Shown here: piece after piece, positions 42,906-46,425 of the stretch
How the letters are laid out: each line of letters begins with the position of its first letter
Position numbering within the stretch: the stretch's first letter is position 1
Source: Mollicutes bacterium
GTDB lineage: Bacteria; Bacillota_I; Bacilli_A; Izemoplasmatales; Izemoplasmataceae
Assembly: GCA_003559235.1 (NCBI GenBank)
Contig: PWME01000211.1
Location: 1 to 46,425, forward strand
Direction: 5' to 3'
Length of the DNA stretch: 46,425 nt
Notes under the pieces: generated by a model
Databases searched by the model: none
What the model was told of the DNA's origin: nothing
Seen by the model: only the letters and a program-made list of their open reading frames with translations
Program-made: the position numbers and the translations under genes

Positions 42906-43562
42906 TTAAGTCTGTTTTTTCCCAAAAATCATCGTCGCAACCGACTTGCCAAGCACATGGATCGAATCGGCTTTTTTTACATGAATTAAACCGTTGAGTG
43001 TATCCTTATCTATGATAATAAGCTCATCTCCAAGCGATAATCCTCGTTCATATAAATGCGCAAGCAACGGTTTATGATCAAGCACACGCTGAATCATGAA
43101 GCGTTGACCTACAGGAGCATCGTATAAATGCCCATCTGCACGCGGCGCCATTTCACCCAATTGATTGGGAATTGGATTGCCGTGATTACAATACTTAGGT
43201 TCGCCAAGATACGTGTAAAGTTTTTCTAATACTAGGGGTGAAGTCGCATGTTCAAGCTGTTCGGCTTCCTCATGGAGTTCATCCCAACGCAAGTGCAGTT
43301 TTTCTGACAAGAATACTTCCCACACGCGGTGCACGCGTATCATCCTTACCGCTTCTTTTAATCCTGCATCCGTTAATGTGACACCTTTATAAGGCATAAA
43401 CGCTAACAACCCTTTATCTTGAATACGGCGTACCATTTCATTGACACTTTGTACGGTATAACCAAACCGTTCGGCAAGTTCAGACAACTTAACCGGTTGG
43501 CTTAAATTGCCACCACTCATCTCATAAATCATTTTTAAATAATCTTCTTCAGCTGGGTTCAT
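42906..43562 (-). CDS. DtxR/MntR-family metal-dependent repressor with a C-terminal FeoA/SH3-like domain
   Basis: EDYLKMIYEM...VKLSELAERFGYTVQSVNEMVRRIQDKGLL...LTDAGLKEAVRMIRVHRVWEVFL...EAEQLEH. Start at ATG 43562 (GGAGGAGG 6 nt upstream), not 43613. Confidence 0.85.
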   Translation of the reverse strand: MNPAEEDYLKMIYEMSGGNLSQPVKLSELAERFGYTVQSVNEMVRRIQDKGLLAFMPYKGVTLTDAGLKEAVRMIRVHRVWEVFLSEKLHLRWDELHEEAEQLEHATSPLVLEKLYTYLGEPKYCNHGNPIPNQLGEMAPRADGHLYDAPVGQRFMIQRVLDHKPLLAHLYERGLSLGDELIIIDKDTLNGLIHVKKADSIHVLGKSVATMIFGKKQT

Positions 43563-43563
43563 G

Positions 43564-44667
43564 TTATGCCTCCTCCATCCAATAAAACGTTTGAACAACC
43601 GATCGACCTTCATCTTGTAAACTTAGTAAATCATTATGAACAGCCACAAACTTTTTTCGTTTCGCTAATAAATATATCTTTTCAAAGGTTTGCCGTTTCC
43701 ACTTTAAATGTTTATGAACTGAATCATAAGCCAATTCATCTTTACTTTCCGCCGTTTTTTCATGGTTTTGAATATGTACCAACAAACTTGCAATCATAAT
43801 CTGACGGCGCTTTTTAGCGGTCTGGATTAAAGCGCCAATAATACCTTTGGGCGCAAACAGTAACACCAGCAAAAATACCGCAAGTGACGTCGATGCAATC
43901 GTACCTGAAATGGTGACATCAAACACTCTCGCCAGCAGTGTACCAAGTATACTATTTACAGTCGCAATGGCTAAAGTTAACACAATTGTCGCAAACAATG
44001 TTTTGGTAAAAAACCGCGCGGTAATCGGGGGGCCAATCATTAGCGCAATAACCAAAATCGCGCCGACCGCATTAAAGGCGGCAACGGCAGTTAAGGAAAC
44101 GAGTGTCATCATGGCATAATGGATGAGCGAAGGCATCAGTCCAAGTACACTCGCAAGTGCCGCATCAAAACTCGTTAACTTAATCTCTTTATAAAACACC
44201 GCAATAAACACACTGTTTAATAACAAAACAAGCGCCATAACCACAAGCGAAGTAGGCATGCTAATACCTAAGAATGTCACCCTCTCAAAAATGGCGAACT
44301 CCAAATTTCCTAATAACACCATATCAATATCCAAATGTACATTTCTAAATCGCGTGTTGATAATGATTACTGCAATGGCAAACAATAAGGTGAATACAAC
44401 CCCAATTGATGCATCTTCTTTCACGCGTTTTGTCTTAATTAATGCCTCAATTAAATACACGGTGACAACACCACTCATGGTCGCACCAACAAAAAGCAAA
44501 GGAGAATTTAAATCAAGCGTAATCATAAACGATAGTACAATCCCTAACAATACTGTATGCGATATGGCATCAGTAAGCATCGATAGACGTCTTAAAACCA
44601 AAAATACACCGACAAGCGACGTTGACAGCGATGTCAATATCGCGATAAACAAAATTTCGACATTCAT
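43564..44667 (-). CDS. metal (Mn/Zn/Fe) ABC-3-family importer permease with a C-terminal extension of about 85 aa
   Basis: 367 aa. The ABC-3 core is LRRLSMLTDAISHTVLLGIV. ATGA overlap with the preceding permease gene. Confidence 0.8.
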   Translation of the reverse strand: MNVEILFIAILTSLSTSLVGVFLVLRRLSMLTDAISHTVLLGIVLSFMITLDLNSPLLFVGATMSGVVTVYLIEALIKTKRVKEDASIGVVFTLLFAIAVIIINTRFRNVHLDIDMVLLGNLEFAIFERVTFLGISMPTSLVVMALVLLLNSVFIAVFYKEIKLTSFDAALASVLGLMPSLIHYAMMTLVSLTAVAAFNAVGAILVIALMIGPPITARFFTKTLFATIVLTLAIATVNSILGTLLARVFDVTISGTIASTSLAVFLLVLLFAPKGIIGALIQTAKKRRQIMIASLLVHIQNHEKTAESKDELAYDSVHKHLKWKRQTFEKIYLLAKRKKFVAVHNDLLSLQDEGRSVVQTFYWMEEA

Positions 44668-45707
44668 GAGGCATCCGCCCCCATCAATGTTTTCACGATG
44701 TGACGCCCTTTATCAGTCAAAGCATACCCTTCTTCTGTTTTTACCAGTAAGCGGTGCTTTTCGTAACGTTCACACACATCCTCATCACACGCTAAAGCAT
44801 TGTTTTCATACAAATGAATAAGCGCGCGATACTTTATAATCCGTTTTCTAAAGCGCACCCGTTCAACCATCTGTCGCATTAGACCACGCGTTGGTGAAAA
44901 TACCAACAGTGTGATGACAATCATACCAAGCACAACCGTAATCACAGGACCGCTTGGTAAATTTGCGCGAGACGCACTGATTAAAGTCCCAAGAAAACCA
45001 CTGAAAGCACCAATCATCATCGCAATCACGACGTTGCCAGAAAAACGATTTGAAAGTTGACGCGCCGCAACACTCGGCGCAATAATAAGCGCACTCATCA
45101 AAATAACACCAACCAGTCGAATGCCAATCACCACAATAATTACCGTCAAAACACTCAAAAGTGCACTGGCAAATCTTTCTGATAACCCAAGGGAACGATA
45201 AAACGCCGCATCAAATATGTAAAGTTTTAACATTTTAAAAAACAAAATAATCACGACCCCAACACCAAACGCAATCAAGGCAATCATCATAACATCAGCC
45301 CTTAGCATCGTTGCGGCTTGTCCTAAAATAAACCGCGATAAACCCGCTTGTGAAGCCGCGCCCGTTTTTTGAATTTGGCTTAATAGCACCTGTCCAAATC
45401 CAAAAAAGCCTGATAAAAGTAACGCCATGGACGCATCAAACTTAATACGCGTAAACCGCTTAATGACATTGAGTAAAAACATTGCAAAAAACGCACTGAT
45501 CGCTGCACCAAGCAATAACATACTTAATGAACGAATTTGCGTAATAATATAAGCCAAAGCAATACCTGGCAACGCGGCATGCGAAAGTGCATCGCCAATA
45601 AGCGCTTGGCGACGCAATGTTAAAAACGTCCCAAGCGCACCAGCGACAGCACCTAAAATCGCGGTTCCTACCATAACCGTTATTAACGTATAACTCCAAT
45701 CAAACAT
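44664..45707 (-). CDS. metal ABC-3-family importer permease with a C-terminal extension of about 70 aa
   Basis: LRRQALIGDALSHAALPGIALAY core. The ATG at 45707 overlaps the ATPase stop. The track start at 45722 is a TTG. Confidence 0.8.
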   Translation of the reverse strand: MFDWSYTLITVMVGTAILGAVAGALGTFLTLRRQALIGDALSHAALPGIALAYIITQIRSLSMLLLGAAISAFFAMFLLNVIKRFTRIKFDASMALLLSGFFGFGQVLLSQIQKTGAASQAGLSRFILGQAATMLRADVMMIALIAFGVGVVIILFFKMLKLYIFDAAFYRSLGLSERFASALLSVLTVIIVVIGIRLVGVILMSALIIAPSVAARQLSNRFSGNVVIAMMIGAFSGFLGTLISASRANLPSGPVITVVLGMIVITLLVFSPTRGLMRQMVERVRFRKRIIKYRALIHLYENNALACDEDVCERYEKHRLLVKTEEGYALTDKGRHIVKTLMGADAS

Positions 45708-46425
45708 CAAAATCCCGCTCAATCGACATTAGCGTGTCTGCTTGATACGTTTTGCGAATATTTGATTCAGTAAACACGTGATCGGTAGGCCCGTGGGCAA
45801 TCACTTTAATGTTTAGTAAAGTTACCCAATCAAAATACTGTGACACCGTATTTAAATCATGATGTACCACCACAACCGTTTTGCGTTTTGCCTTTAACGA
45901 TTTAAGCAGTTTAACAATCGCGCGTTCTGTTTTAACATCAACCCCTTGAAAGGGTTCATCCATGAAGTAAAGATCAGCATCTTGTACGAGGGCGCGGGCT
46001 AAAAACACACGTTGTTGTTGGCCACCAGAAAGCTCAGAAATTTGACGGTTTTTAAAGTCTAACATATCAACTTGCTTAAGCGCCTCAATCGCCAAAGCGC
46101 GGTCTTTTTTGCTTGGTCTTTTAACCCAACCGATGTGACCGTATCTACCCATTAAAACCACATCAAAAACCGTTGTAGGAAAATCCCAATCAACACTCCC
46201 TTTTTGTGGTACATAAGCGATAGACTTATGCACTTTCCGGTAAGGTTTACCCGAAAAATCCACTTCACCCGTTAACGGCTTAACAAGATTTAACGCCGCT
46301 TTAACCAGCGTGGTTTTACCCGCCCCATTCGGTCCAACAATTCCGAGCAATATGCCACGCGGAATGCTCAAATCAACATCCCACAATACGGGTTGTTTGT
46401 CATAAGCAACGGTTAAATCTTCTAC
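45700..46425 (-). CDS. metal ABC importer ATP-binding protein; the N-terminus lies outside the window
   Basis: The frame stays open to the window edge (VEDLTVAYDKQPVLWDVDLSIPRG...). GPNGAGKTT, LSGGQQQRV and LYFMDEPFQGVD are present. Confidence 0.9.
   Translation of the reverse strand, partial: VEDLTVAYDKQPVLWDVDLSIPRGILLGIVGPNGAGKTTLVKAALNLVKPLTGEVDFSGKPYRKVHKSIAYVPQKGSVDWDFPTTVFDVVLMGRYGHIGWVKRPSKKDRALAIEALKQVDMLDFKNRQISELSGGQQQRVFLARALVQDADLYFMDEPFQGVDVKTERAIVKLLKSLKAKRKTVVVVHHDLNTVSQYFDWVTLLNIKVIAHGPTDHVFTESNIRKTYQADTLMSIERDFDV

Noticed and set aside
1-46425. Possibility of Mollicutes-type genetic code 4 (TGA = Trp)
   Set aside because: Conserved Trp residues (for example metK LPWEK) use TGG. 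TGA ends well-supported genes at their expected lengths (for example the radical SAM gene at 28584-28586 and the first metal permease at 44664-44666). No long gene is interrupted by TGA.

Overview
This is a 46.4-kb chromosomal segment from a low-GC monoderm bacterium (Bacillota- or Mollicutes-related by gene content). It uses the standard code: TGA terminates real genes and Trp is TGG. I call about 50 coding features. All but six lie on the minus strand, tightly packed and often with 4-nt start/stop overlaps. Recognisable housekeeping content: mgtE behind an M-box riboswitch, ribU behind an FMN riboswitch, ydbS/ydbT, ispA, two RumA-type rRNA methyltransferases, L-serine dehydratase, uvrB, dnaE, pyk, ackA, a ytxK-like methyltransferase, yidD, metK, an Fe-alcohol dehydrogenase, DegV, and a Mn/Zn-type ABC importer with a DtxR-family repressor. 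Accessory content: an mhqE/mhqD-like quinone/aromatic detoxification cluster, a PadR-DUF1700/DUF4097 module, a B12-binding radical SAM protein, and a heliorhodopsin gene (16766-17557) with its key residues conserved. The most unusual locus is at 21.2-22.3 kb. A near-consensus sigma-A promoter in an extremely AT-rich spacer drives a 50-codon ORF, then four tandem paralogous micro-ORFs (26-38 aa, consensus MMxxGYxxIxxYE..K.K), each with its own GGAGG, then a YvlB/LiaX-like small protein. A LanFEG/Pmt-like ABC-2 exporter lies immediately upstream. I do not recognise this peptide family and flag it as the best candidate for an undescribed system. Other oddities: a surface-protein gene split by one in-frame TAA; a promoter followed by a terminator-type leader in front of a cation/H+ antiporter; a second SD/micro-ORF module after the M-box terminator; and winged-helix-like tails on both metal ABC permeases. 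All calls rest on reading the sequence and on remembered family motifs. No database search was run.
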